Assembly: GCA_050084515.1 (NCBI GenBank)
Contig: CM114271.1
Coordinates: 46,004,001-46,068,000, forward strand
Reading direction: 5' to 3'
Length of the DNA stretch: 64,000 nt
Source: Blasia pusilla
Taxonomy: Eukaryota
Below the pieces are notes generated by a model, which worked only from the letters and a program-made list of their open reading frames with translations, was not told the origin of the DNA and did no database searches. Both the position numbers and the translations under genes were made by a program. Within the stretch, counting starts at the first letter, position 1. The number at the start of each line of letters is the position of its first letter. This document shows, piece by piece, positions 35,958-47,076 of this stretch.

Positions 35958-38900
35958 CTCTACTCTCCGTCTGTGCGACTGAGATCGGACCAGAGACGTG
36001 GAACGAGGAACCACTTAATGAGGTTGATGAGGACGGACTCTAAGGGAAGGAACAATGTGGAATGTGGGAAGTTTATGGTCGGATTTCTGTTGCGCATGAA
36101 TGAGAGGGCGAAGAACAGAGGTGCAAAAACGTACGCTCTTTTTGATTCCTCTCGTGGCTCAGAAGGTGCAGATGTGAAGTGCCCGCAACTCGTCTTGTGT
36201 TTACTCTGGTGTGGATCGGAAGGAACGAGTGTGGGATATGTGAGACCGTTCATTGGTGCACCGCCCGTGATTGGCTCCGTCATATCTAAAAGGTGACGGA
36301 TGATCGTTACATCTCGCAGCGCGGAGCAGTTGTTGAAGATTACGATCATACATACACACAACAAACGCATCCACCCACGCACCCGCCAGTTTGTGGATGG
36401 GTCAATTTCACTTTGCACGGAGTCAATGGTGAGTGAGGCTTCACTTCACCCCCATCGATGGTTCTGTCTGGCAAAGGTTTCCGTGGGGAACGGTACGTAT
36501 ATTTTTTTCTATTTCGGCGGAGGAGGATCGGTAGGACGAATCGCGGAGATTGGAGGGATTGGCTGACACACTGTGTAGCGCGGAGGTGGGGGCGGGGACG
36601 TTTGTCACGTTGCTCAGGGCTGGGCTCTCATTCCAACGAATGCGTAGCGCTGTTGCGGCTTGAATCAAGCAAACAAACGAATTAATTAATGGAAGAACTC
36701 CCCTGGCCAGTTTAGCCACCGAACTCTCGTGGGCGGAGATGTATCGATTGCGCTCTGTACATTTGTCCTTCCCGGTTGGAGATTTGGCCTTGTGATTTGT
36801 CACTGTTGCTACCAAGAGTTCGGGGCATGATTATGGACCCAGCAGTCAGGTCTGACAGTCCACAGACATGAGAAAGTTGGATCTTACAGTCTGTGTGTAC
36901 ACGCCTCGTGAAAATGACATCCTGGCTCATGATCCATCCAGTTCGTTTATTTCTTCATCGGAATGGGAGCCGAAGCAGTGATCCTTCCGGCTTTTTTCGG
37001 AGGGAATAACCATCCTTATCTGTTCTCCGCTCGCAACTTGGCCCGTGGCGCACCCGAATCCCGCATTCCAGGCCGCCTGGCGATCGCAGAGGAGTGTGCG
37101 CATTTGAGGGCCGCGAGTGAGTGCGAGACCGAAGTTAGAAACAACGCGAGTGCCGCTGAACCAGAAGGATGCGGTTGATATCGCCGTCGGGTGCCGGTTA
37201 GCGGCTGTGCAAAAGTGGCGGACGACACTGTCGAAAACGGAACCTCACATCCGATGCGCGTAAATGACGAGCGCAGAGGAGATGCCACCTGCGAACGGGG
37301 CGAAAACATGGCAGGCTGTGACCTGTCCTACCAGTCAGTCAATGAGCGGAACGGCATCGATTAGATAGCCCCGATGAGGCTGGAGTGACGGAGACCCCTG
37401 AAGGGACTGACAGCTGAGGCGGAGAAGATGGGAAGAGATGCTCCTTGTGCAGTACGCCTTTGTCCTCTTTCTCTGTGGCTGCTGAGGTGGAGCGGCTTCC
37501 CAAACGCTTCAGGCTTAACGACAAAGCTTCTACGATTGTCCCTGCGGGTTTGGTTTGGTATGGACACGGGGAACGAGAACAAATGGGCGGGCAGGCGGCT
37601 TCAGAGAGTACAGCACAGCCGAATGTCGTAAGGGTGGTGGCGGGCGAGCGAGCGAGGGCTTGCCTAGAGGGAGGATCTTGGCCCCCCCTCCTCCCTCCCG
37701 CTTCGCTGGTGGCCTTTGTCCCGTCCCGCAGGATTCACGCCAGGCAGGCCGCAGACAGATCTCACTCTTTCCTCGGTCGAGTTCGCCGATGCTCGGAGCT
37801 CGTGAGTCTCCCGCATCCGCGGCATCGCGAGTTTCGAAGAAAAACTCGAAATCTGAAAGGAACAACCGTCGCGTGACTGGTGCGTGACGTTCGGAGCGCA
37901 TGGCGCTCGCTCGCTCATCCGCAGTCATTGGGTCTGTGATTCCTCGCCTTCGACTCGGTCCACTGTCCAATAATACATGGGTTTCTCCGGAGCGGATGGG
38001 CACGCCATTGAGACTCGGGGAAATGTCCGGGTCGATCACGGGAGATACAGGCAGGACATGCGAGTGAAGGAACGACGGGACGACGCCACACGTAAACCTA
38101 CGTGAAAAGTAGAGCACGCTTGTCGGTGGAACGCGTCCACAAGGACGACGTTCATAAATACCAAAGCACAGCTTATGTCAACTGTCATTGATTGTGTAAA
38201 AGCGCCCGAAGTTTCCAATAGAGCTCGCGGAGGAACATGACTCGCTCGGCCTACATTAATCGCAAAGCATGCACCCGACTTTCCCAACTTTGACCGGAGA
38301 CGCTGACAAAAAGTTTCTCAACAGCTTCGAATACTTACGACAAGGCACACAATGAGTTTCCACTCGAGTCGCCAGGATGAGCGACTACACACTTTTATTA
38401 ACACTGAAGAGAGATATCAAATGAAATTCCGTCTTGAGCTCCGTTTATCGTCAAGCACGCGGTCGGTCGATTGATTATTGACCGACTGGCGTGTGCAGGC
38501 TCTAATTGCTAGCATTGAACCTCAAGCTTGGAAACCGGACTGGAGACGCTTTCGACAGCAGATAGATATCTCCAGAGATTGAAGACAAATCTCCTGTCGT
38601 TGTTCCTCACTCCACAAGAAAGGAACCTGGACCCGAGACACCTCCTGCACACAGATTGTCATGTCGCCAGAGGATGGAGACAATTTCAAGCGTGACTCAT
38701 GTCCATTCTACTGCAACTTTCAATTTTCTATAGGAGACTTCTTTTTTAAGGGTCTACGATTTCAGAGACCCACCAAAACTGGGAACCCGGATTTCTTTCT
38801 TGCTACCGGAAGTGACATTGAAAATCTACACTGTTTCGGGTTCGACTTGACAACCTGTAAACTAAATTTTTGTCCTGCTAATGACATATTTCGGCAGATG

Positions 38901-39140
38901 CTTGAAAAATGTATTTTTATACAATGACACCAAGCTGTGTCTCACTGAGAGCCTTGGTATGGGCACACCGTTGTGTTGATTCGTTGTGTAAAAACCTGCT
39001 CATGCCCATCTTGCAGGCGACGCTGGACCACGAGAGTGCGAAACTCTCACGCAGCGGCAGACCCATTCGGCCTGACTCCGAGGCACTTCTCAACTACATT
39101 TGAGACAAGTACGTCCGCGGTCAGAAGTAGCCCACCCCAA

Positions 39141-39995
39141 TCACTCAACCTTTTGCCGTTTAGGCATAGAAGTCGAGCAGATTTCCAGCAAGCTCGTGCT
39201 TCCGCACTTGGGGCAGCTGGGATTGTCCTTGGACAGCATAATGTACATCAGGCAACGTTTGCAGCCGAGGGTAACCATCACGCCTGCCTCCTCCGATTCG
39301 TCGGTGCTGTCACAGGCCTTGCAGGAGGTTGCTTCCTCCTTGGAGTCGTCGAGCTCTTCGCCTTGGAAACTCATGACGGAATGGGACGAGGACTGCGAAG
39401 AGGAAGACCCATAGGAAATTGATGGGGACGGAGAGCGACGGGATTTCGAGCGAGTGACAGAACGGCAGGACTTGGCGGGTAACTTGAAGGCAGTAGGGGA
39501 GGGCAGACTGATGGACAGAGAGTGCAGAGAGGACAAGCTGGAGTTCGTGCAGTTTGACCTCATACTCCCACATCTTCTCAGAGCATCCTTCACCTTTTCC
39601 ACAGTGCAGACGACGGATTCCCTCACACCCGAGGAAATGTCCCCCGCCTTCGCTGAGAAATACCCCGCATTACTCGTGACGCTCGCACTCTCCTGTTCGA
39701 CGCCATTGTCCACCTTTCTTGTTTCACTAGCCTCCACCTTTAAAGTCAGTTCAAGATTTGCCAACTCCCCGTGGCTAGAGGGAAAGAGATTTCCGGGAAT
39801 GTCCTTCCAGCTAGAGCACTTCTCTTCGACGGGGCCTTTCATGTCACCGCCAAGTTTCTCGGCCCTGCTATTCCAACCGAGCTCAAAGTCGGACACAGTA
39901 CCAAAAGAATTTCGTTTGCCGTGCGACTGTTGCTTGCGCGGATCCTTGTAGGTGCTCGTGCCCGTGTTCCAGTCTTTGAAGTAAATGAGACCCGA
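39141..39995 (-). CDS. CFL1: WW-domain protein, CURLY FLAG LEAF 1 family, exon 2
   Basis: Acceptor TGCAG|TCG at 39996/39995. Encodes the second half of WW (SGLIYFKDWNTGTSTYKDPR), EAR-like LELTL, the family motif VCTVEKVKDAL and a C-terminal MVTLGCKRCLMYIMLSKDNPSCPKC zinc-ribbon motif. Stop TGA at 39141. Confidence 0.9.
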   Translation of the reverse strand, partial: SGLIYFKDWNTGTSTYKDPRKQQSHGKRNSFGTVSDFELGWNSRAEKLGGDMKGPVEEKCSSWKDIPGNLFPSSHGELANLELTLKVEASETRKVDNGVEQESASVTSNAGYFSAKAGDISSGVRESVVCTVEKVKDALRRCGSMRSNCTNSSLSSLHSLSISLPSPTAFKLPAKSCRSVTRSKSRRSPSPSISYGSSSSQSSSHSVMSFQGEELDDSKEEATSCKACDSTDESEEAGVMVTLGCKRCLMYIMLSKDNPSCPKCGSTSLLEICSTSMPKRQKVE

Positions 39996-40233
39996 CTGCA
40001 CACACCCAAAAAAGACCCAAGATGAATACTACGCGTACCATGAATCGCAGAGAAAAGCGTGAGAACAATTACGGCATTCGGGCGAAGTTCTTTCACCGCG
40101 CCGCGGCGAGAGACGAGACGAATAGGTGAGGAGCTTCGGCACCTACAGCTAACATACATTAAGCGAAAGCCACGAAATCTCTGACCTAGGCACTCGCATT
40201 CGACGGTAGAACAGAAACCCGACAAGCATCTAC

Positions 40234-40395
40234 CTGTAAGTCGAGGCATTTCTCCCAGCCAGCGGGGAGCGGAGGGTTCGGATCCAGCTCGAGGAAAATT
40301 GCGCGCAGGCTGTTGGGCAGCATGCTTTTGCCTGCGTCGTCCAACTCGTGATCGAAACGGCGTTCGTTCTCAACCACCGCTCTCTCCATGACCAT
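40234..40395 (-). CDS. CFL1: WW-domain protein, CURLY FLAG LEAF 1 family, exon 1
   Basis: ATG at 40395 (alternative 40389), ..PLPAGWEKCLDLQ, then donor CAG|GT at 40234/40233. A 238-bp phase-0 intron joins a contiguous WW domain. About 338 aa in total. Confidence 0.9.
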
Positions 40396-43300
40396 CTCGC
40401 CGACCAGAATGCGGGGCGAGTCGCAGGAAACAGAAATGCGAAGGACCCCGGGGGGTGGGGGAAATCACAAGGCACAGATAACTGCGGGCTGGCGCTGCGC
40501 AAATATACGTAACGCCAGAGCGACCAAGAGAGACGAGACTGCCAGACGGACAGACTCGTGGGCGCCTTCTAAAGAAAGCAGGACAGGAGGGGGTTCTCCT
40601 CGCTCAGGAAGAGGGAGGAATTAATGAGAGAAGGCGAAATGAACGGATGAAGACAGAAGAGAATGTGAAGGGAAGTGGAGGGTATGAGGGAGCGGGAGAC
40701 AGATAAGGAGGAGAGGGGATCTCCAGAAAGCCGGACGAGAGAAACCCGGCAACGGTCAACTGCGGCGTCTCTTCCGCTCCGCTCTCTTCCGAGGAGAGGT
40801 GACTGCCAATCTGCGGGTTCTCTCTCACCCTGTCTCCTTCCCTTCCATCACTTCTCTCTCGCGCACGGCCCCTCCCTCCCTCACTCTGACCTCCTCCTCC
40901 CTCGTTGCTTTATGAACCATTGCCCCCGCCCGCCCGGACTTATTATCTCCCGGAAACGTTCTTCGTGTCTGCTAACTTGGAAGGCGTCAGACAAAGACGA
41001 TACTAATATTCCTCGACTCCCACTGAGCCGGCCAGACAGACAGCGCAACGCAACGCAACAACAATCACTCCTAGCTAGGGTCCTACTTACTTGTGGCGGG
41101 CACCGTTCGTGCCGCTACTTTCAGCCACGTCGTCCATCCGCTGATCCACGGCCCGACCCTGGAAACGGATATCCCCGCCGGGGATGGGCAGAATCTTAAT
41201 CCGAGGCGGGCGGGATAAACCGCCGGTATCTAGCCAGCATTATTAGCGACCGATGGGATCCTGGGAATTTAAGAGGTCATTATGCTAGATCCGCTGGCCT
41301 AGGTTAGAGACGAACCAACCCACAGGAGCGGAGACAGCAGCCCGTCTGTCCATCTGTCCTTCCGTCAGGCAGGCGGGCAGGCAGGCAGACAGACAGGCGG
41401 GCGGGCGGGCAGTGGCAGAGAGGGCAGAGAGGAGAAGAAAGGAGAGCGGAGTAATGCAGGACTGAATCCGCAGGCAGCCAATGAGCGGAGGGCGCCACGG
41501 GATAGTGCGGACACATTTTCGTCCGGCGGTCAAGCCTTTCGTTAGTTTCTTTCTTCTTCCGCGCCTGTTTTTTCTTTCCGTCATTTGTTTCTTCCTTCCG
41601 AGTCCGTTTTTCTTTCCCTCGTTCGGTGTTTCTCCTCAGGATCCCTTCTTCTTTCCCTCTTTTGTTTCTGTCTTTCTCGCGGATCGCTCCGTTCGCCCGC
41701 TCGCTCACGACTGCGGAGAACAAGAAAGTGCCAGAGAGACACAACCGGTCCACTGTTTGACAACTCTCGCGGGCGACTTTCGGAGACTTTTCGTGTTTCC
41801 TTCATTATGGAGGAGCTTCATAAATGTGGGCACTGCTAATTCGCTAGCTCTGCCCTAATCTGGAGGCGCAGCGCGCAGATATGGGGCTTGTGCGAGCAGC
41901 GCACCATGTCTTCCAGGCGTGTCGGCCAGGCACCTAGCGAAGCCGCCGCCTTGACGGCCTCGTCTACGTGCCACGCTCCACGCAGCTTCTGGGAGCGTCT
42001 CTACACGCCCGCTAGACTATTCGTTCACACTAATTAATGTTCAATGTTAGCGGAGCCTTAAAACATCCTCTGCTGCCGGAGCGAAAACAGCTCCGGCGCC
42101 TCCGACTCGCGCACGACGGCCACAACGGATCTCCGAGTCGGACTGCAGACATGCACGCTGATGCCTAAACCCCCTTCATGCACTCAACTCCCGAGTCCCT
42201 ACTCTCCTCGCACTCGCATATAGTGATCCCTGCAGACAGCAGGATTTGGGGCCCTTTGACTTCTAGTTACGCAAAGCAAGGCCGCTTTTGACTTGCTTGT
42301 TGGCCGTTGCCTCACTCCTCTCCGATCCGATCATGGCATGGCATGGCATGGCATGGCACGGCGGACGTGGAGCTCGGGCGAAACTTCTCTTCACGCGATA
42401 CGGACTTTCCAAATTGAACCTTCTCCACATGAATGCATGAATGTGCCACCTCCCCGCCCCGCCCCCTTCCTCCTTGGGACCTTTCAAGCGCCACGAGTCA
42501 CGAGCGAGCGATCGAGCAGCACCTTCACTTCTCTTCTCTGCTCCTCCCGCGCGGTTGCCGCCAGTGATGGCTGGCAGGCGGCCAAGAGCCTCGCCAAGAA
42601 AGGAAAGGAGCTGATGTCAGTCCAAGCAACGAACGAAAGGAACCCTCCCCACCTCCGAAACCGAGAGTGAGAGCGTATACACGTACAACGCACGTCAAGT
42701 GGATCCCGTCGTCGGGCGGTGGGGCATGAAACACCCCACCCAAAACGGGAAATGCATCCGTAGCATGACACACACTCACACAGCTACGTTCACCTAAACC
42801 AAACCAAATCGTACCGCGCGTACATCCCTCCTCTCACCATGAACAGAGCGGTCGCACATTATAACGAATTTCTAACGACGCCCCTGAAAAGGCCCAGTCA
42901 AGCGGTCAAGCGCACTGTTCGGTCGACTCATTTCCCCCCCTGCGAGCGAGATGAATGAAAACGACGTCACTCCTCCGCCGGATCTCATGCAGCTTTTATG
43001 TTTGCGTAGATCAATCGATATCTAGGCAAGAATTGACGTAGCTGCTCATAGGAAACATCGAAACTCTTCTGACCTCATGCGTCGTATCTCCGGACCGACT
43101 GGAGCCCCATCCCATCCCATCCCAGCCCATCCCGTGGGATGGATGTATCATCTTGGAGGAGATGGGGCGCGGCGGAGCTCGGAGGAGGGCTTGGCGGAGT
43201 TCTACGGGATGGGAAGGAGGCTGATGCTGGGATGGAGGGGAGTCGTGTGTTATATCAAAACGGAGATACCGACTTCCTCTACATTTTGATCCGTAGCGTC

Positions 43301-43629
43301 AATCTTCTAGTGAAATATTTTTCATTTTGTTTTGTTTTGTAGATTTTTGTTGTTTTAGGGTTTCCCATGTAGGTATTAGGATCTTCTTTGTTGTCTCGTT
43401 TTGTTGTAATGCTTTGAATGTTTCCAAGACAACTCATGTTGTTATTCCACACCACCCCCTTTTTTTTCTCTATGTCCTTATCCTGCAGCCACACACGTTC
43501 CTCGTTCACGTTTGACCCATGTTTTTCTCCCTTATCCCACTCTATTCCCATCTATTCTTTTTCCATTTCACTAGTACCTCCATACTATCTCTACATTATT
43601 TGGGGAAGGGGTTGGGCCATATGTCATAG

Positions 43630-46600
43630 GTGAAGATGGTAGATGAGAGTTCATACTAAGGAGAGTATTTCCGTGGACGGGAAGAGAGTCGGTTACCATT
43701 AGGGCTAGTTCGAATGGGGGTTGTGGGGAGGATTTTGACGGGGTTTGTCTCTCGAGTTTGACGGAGGGGGTCATGTTCTCTTCTTGGTGAGAGGTGTCCA
43801 TGCCTCGACCCGCATCAGCCCCTCGCGTAGGGGCTCGTGGGTCGTCTAGCCGGGATACGAAATGCCCTTGTTGTCCCGAATTCTTCACTCGTTCAGGAAT
43901 TCGGAACCATTTAGCGGTTAAACATCTTGACTTTGATAGATTCGGATAGGTGGTTCCTCCAGTCGATCATGGATGCTCACCAGTGCTTCATGCATCATCG
44001 CCCCCTCCCGAGGCATGGGAGTGGTTGAGGTTCCACCTTGGCAGCATCACAGGTCTCTTTGAGACCCGTTTTCCTTGCCCGAGGTTATTTCCTAGGATCC
44101 CCCATGCTATTCGGGATGAGTTTCGCCGGTCTTTCATCCTTCCCTTATCTAGGATCGCACTTGATCCTATGGATGAGCTCTCATGGTATCTACTACTCTC
44201 CTTCCACGATGGTGTCTTCGCTATACCCGAGGAGGGAAGGCTGACCATAGAGAGGTTATGGCCCAATTGCGGTGCTTCCGAGGAGCTAATTGGGAGTCTC
44301 TACAGAGCGAGTTCGTGGCATATGCTAGAGGTAGCACTCCACGTGGTTTCCCAGCAGACGATCTTGTAGCTACCAGATTGCGACGATGTAGGAGACTTGG
44401 GCGAGCTGGGGAGTAACCGCGAGCGGCTCGTGCGCTCCGCCCCATGGATATGGCTCCTCCTTCCACTATTATCATCGACGACCTCCGGAGGCTACACCCT
44501 CGTTCAGTGGTTGACATCCCAGCATTTGTACGTGACTTCCATCCTGACACGACCTTATGCCTAGACCCGTCCCTCTTTGCACAGGCACTCAGGCGTTCCC
44601 CAAGGATAGCAACTGGAGTGTTGTTCGGTATGATGTACAAACACCTTCGTGATTGCTTTCCCTCCTAGGACTCTGCTAGCGGCTTTTCCGAGTTGCTTCA
44701 GGTTGCCTCTCACCTAGCTCAGGGGAGAGTGCCAACATCAATAGCCTAGGTATTGGGGGCAGGGCGACTTTTGGCGTTATCGAAGGAGGGTGGAGGGATC
44801 CGTCCGATTGCCATAGGGGAGGTGCTCTTGCGGTTGGTGAGTTGCACTATCGCTTTGCAGTTCCGTGAGGCTTTCCAGTCACATCTGAATCCGCACCAGT
44901 TCGGAGTTGCCACGCCAGCCGGTTGTGAGGTTGTAGCCTTAGGTTTGAGGGCTTGTTTAGATATACATCCCGAGTGGGTGGTTCTCCAAGTTGATGTGGA
45001 GAACGCCTTTAACTCAGTGTCTCGGGCAGCTATCTTCACGGAGCTGAGAGATGCATGGGGTCCCATAGCAAGCCTGATTCCCTTCGTGCATGCTTTTTAT
45101 GGGGCCCCCTCGGCTCTCTATTTTCACCACGGTAGGTTCGAGGAGGAGGTCACGGTCTTGGAGTCTGCTACCGAGACGTGTCAGTGTGATCCCTTGGGTG
45201 GTGCATTGTTTGCTTTGGCTCATTATCGAGCGGTTCTTTCTACGGTGGAGGCTTTCCCGAGTTGCATTTTCCCTCCATTGGCAGATGATACTCACATTGT
45301 CAGCCCTTGACACTTGGTTGTTCCTGCATTTCAGCACTTTTCAGCATAGTTGGCACACGTCGGCCTCACGGTGAAGGTGGGAAAGTGCAAGGCTTGGTCT
45401 TCATTAGGCTTATCAGCGGATATTCATTTACCCGACGGTTTTTTGACACCTTCTGGAGGGCTTCGCGTCTTGGGAGTCCCACTCGGAAGCCAGAACTTTG
45501 TATCGAGTTTTGTGGCGGAGGCTCTTACCAAGGAACTTCTTCATGTCGACGATCTCACGAGGATTGGTGACCCTCAAGTAGCTTATGGAATCCTCTCGTC
45601 ATGTTTTGCCCGTAGACCTGGTTATCTGTGTAGAACCGTGTGGGCGACTAGCCATATTTCTTCCTTGTATAGATCCTTTGACAGAAAGATTATGCAGGCG
45701 TTTGGGGATCTTCTACGACCCGGCTCATTAGAGTGCCCCACGGGGGAGTTAGCTCGTAGACAGACTTCTTGGCCGATTGCCTTTGGTGGAGTAGGTCTCA
45801 TAGCGACTCAGTTAGTGGCGTCTTCAGCCTTTTTAGGGAGTTGGGCCACTGTAGCACCCCTCCTTTGCTCCCGATTTTTTGTTAGGGATAGACCGTTACT
45901 TTTACAGTACGTTTCCCACGTTGAGGATGGTCTTTTCCCACTTCAGTCTTCACTCACATCCTGTAGAGACTCCCTTCTTGTTGAGGCTAGAGCAATTCTT
46001 TCCGCTTTCTCTGCCCTAGTTACCTCCGGACAGTTTGGGCTCCAATCTTCTTTGATGGAAGCCCACTTTGATGCATTTTTTAGAGCTACTATATCGGACG
46101 GGAATATCCCCATGGAGGTTCGGGCCCGTATTCGCTCTTGCTCCGGAAAGGGGGCAGGCTCATGGGTGGGGGCTCCTCCTCTCATCCCAACTTTCCGCAT
46201 CGCACCACTTACCTACACTACAGCGATGAGGTTCCGACTGGGCTTGCCCCAACCAACGGTGGTTGGTTCGACACATTGCGAGTGTCGTCGGAGTCTAGAT
46301 TCACTTTATGTGCATTTGGCACGGTGTCCAATTGGGGATGAGAGGATAGCCACTCACGATGCATTGCGGGATATTATGTTCTCTATTGCTCGGAAGAGTG
46401 GATTCCATGTACAAAGAGAGAGGCACTACTCCATGCAGGATTCCCTTATCCGTGTTGATCTCTACATGACGAGGGAGTCTGAGGTGGTGGTAGTGGATGT
46501 TGTAGTGACGGATCCTACGCGGGAGGCGGTGCGAGCCCAAGTGATAGCACAAGGGAGATTGCTACAAGGAGCGGCGGCGGCGGTCAAGAAGACCCACATT

Positions 46601-47076
46601 TATAGTCGACTCCATGACAGACACCGATTTATCCCTCTAGCCATTGAGATGTACGGGGCGATGGGGGAGAGGTTTGACTCGTTCCTTACGGATTGCGCCC
46701 ATCACCTCCAGTCGAGAAATGGGTTGTCCTTAGCCACTGCGATACTTTATTGTAGGCAACGGGTCTCCATAGCTTTGCAGCGCACCCAGGAAAATGGGCT
46801 TCTGCGGCGGGCTCATGCGGTTGGAGACGCCAATGCTAGAGGCCCACTTAGTAGTAGTCATAGTTCTCTAGGTGTTGCTGATATTGTCTCTGCTGTTGCT
46901 GATATTGTCTCTGCTGTTGATGATTTTGGTCGTTAAGGGGGAAGCCCCCTTCTTTCTCCTCGGGATCGGTTCCGGCCTCTTGAGGTCTTTTTTTTTTTGG
47001 TCTCCATGCCCCCCCTTTTGTATCGTGATGGTTTCCCATCCTTTTTCCACATATATATATATATATATTTTTTTTT
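43630..47076 (+). mobile_element. CRE-clade non-LTR retrotransposon (RT plus restriction-like endonuclease), nearly complete but disrupted
   Basis: N-terminal C2H2 finger CPCCPEFFTRSGIRNHLAVKH (~43863-43925). RT motifs GGIRPIAIGEVLLRL, QFGV, QVDVENAFNSVSR, QCDPLGGALF, LADD, GLRVLGVPLG. CCHC motif CECRRSLDSLYVHLARC, then RIATHD, RVDL..DVVV..KK and FIPLAIEMYG. One frameshift near 44200 and in-frame stops at ~43947, 44414, 44666, 44747, 45308 and 45347. Ends near a (TA)n/T tract. Ends are approximate. Confidence 0.85.

Noticed and set aside
36400-38400. Numerous overlapping 60-195 aa ORFs
   Set aside because: Expected in GC-rich DNA; no domain motifs or consistent splice structure.
38920-38945. 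Partial resemblance to miR536 (CCAAGCTGTGT) downstream of CFL1
   Set aside because: Only ~11 nt match, with 5'-end mismatches and no hairpin.
39454-39951. 165-aa plus-strand ORF
   Set aside because: Antisense shadow of CFL1-like exon 2.
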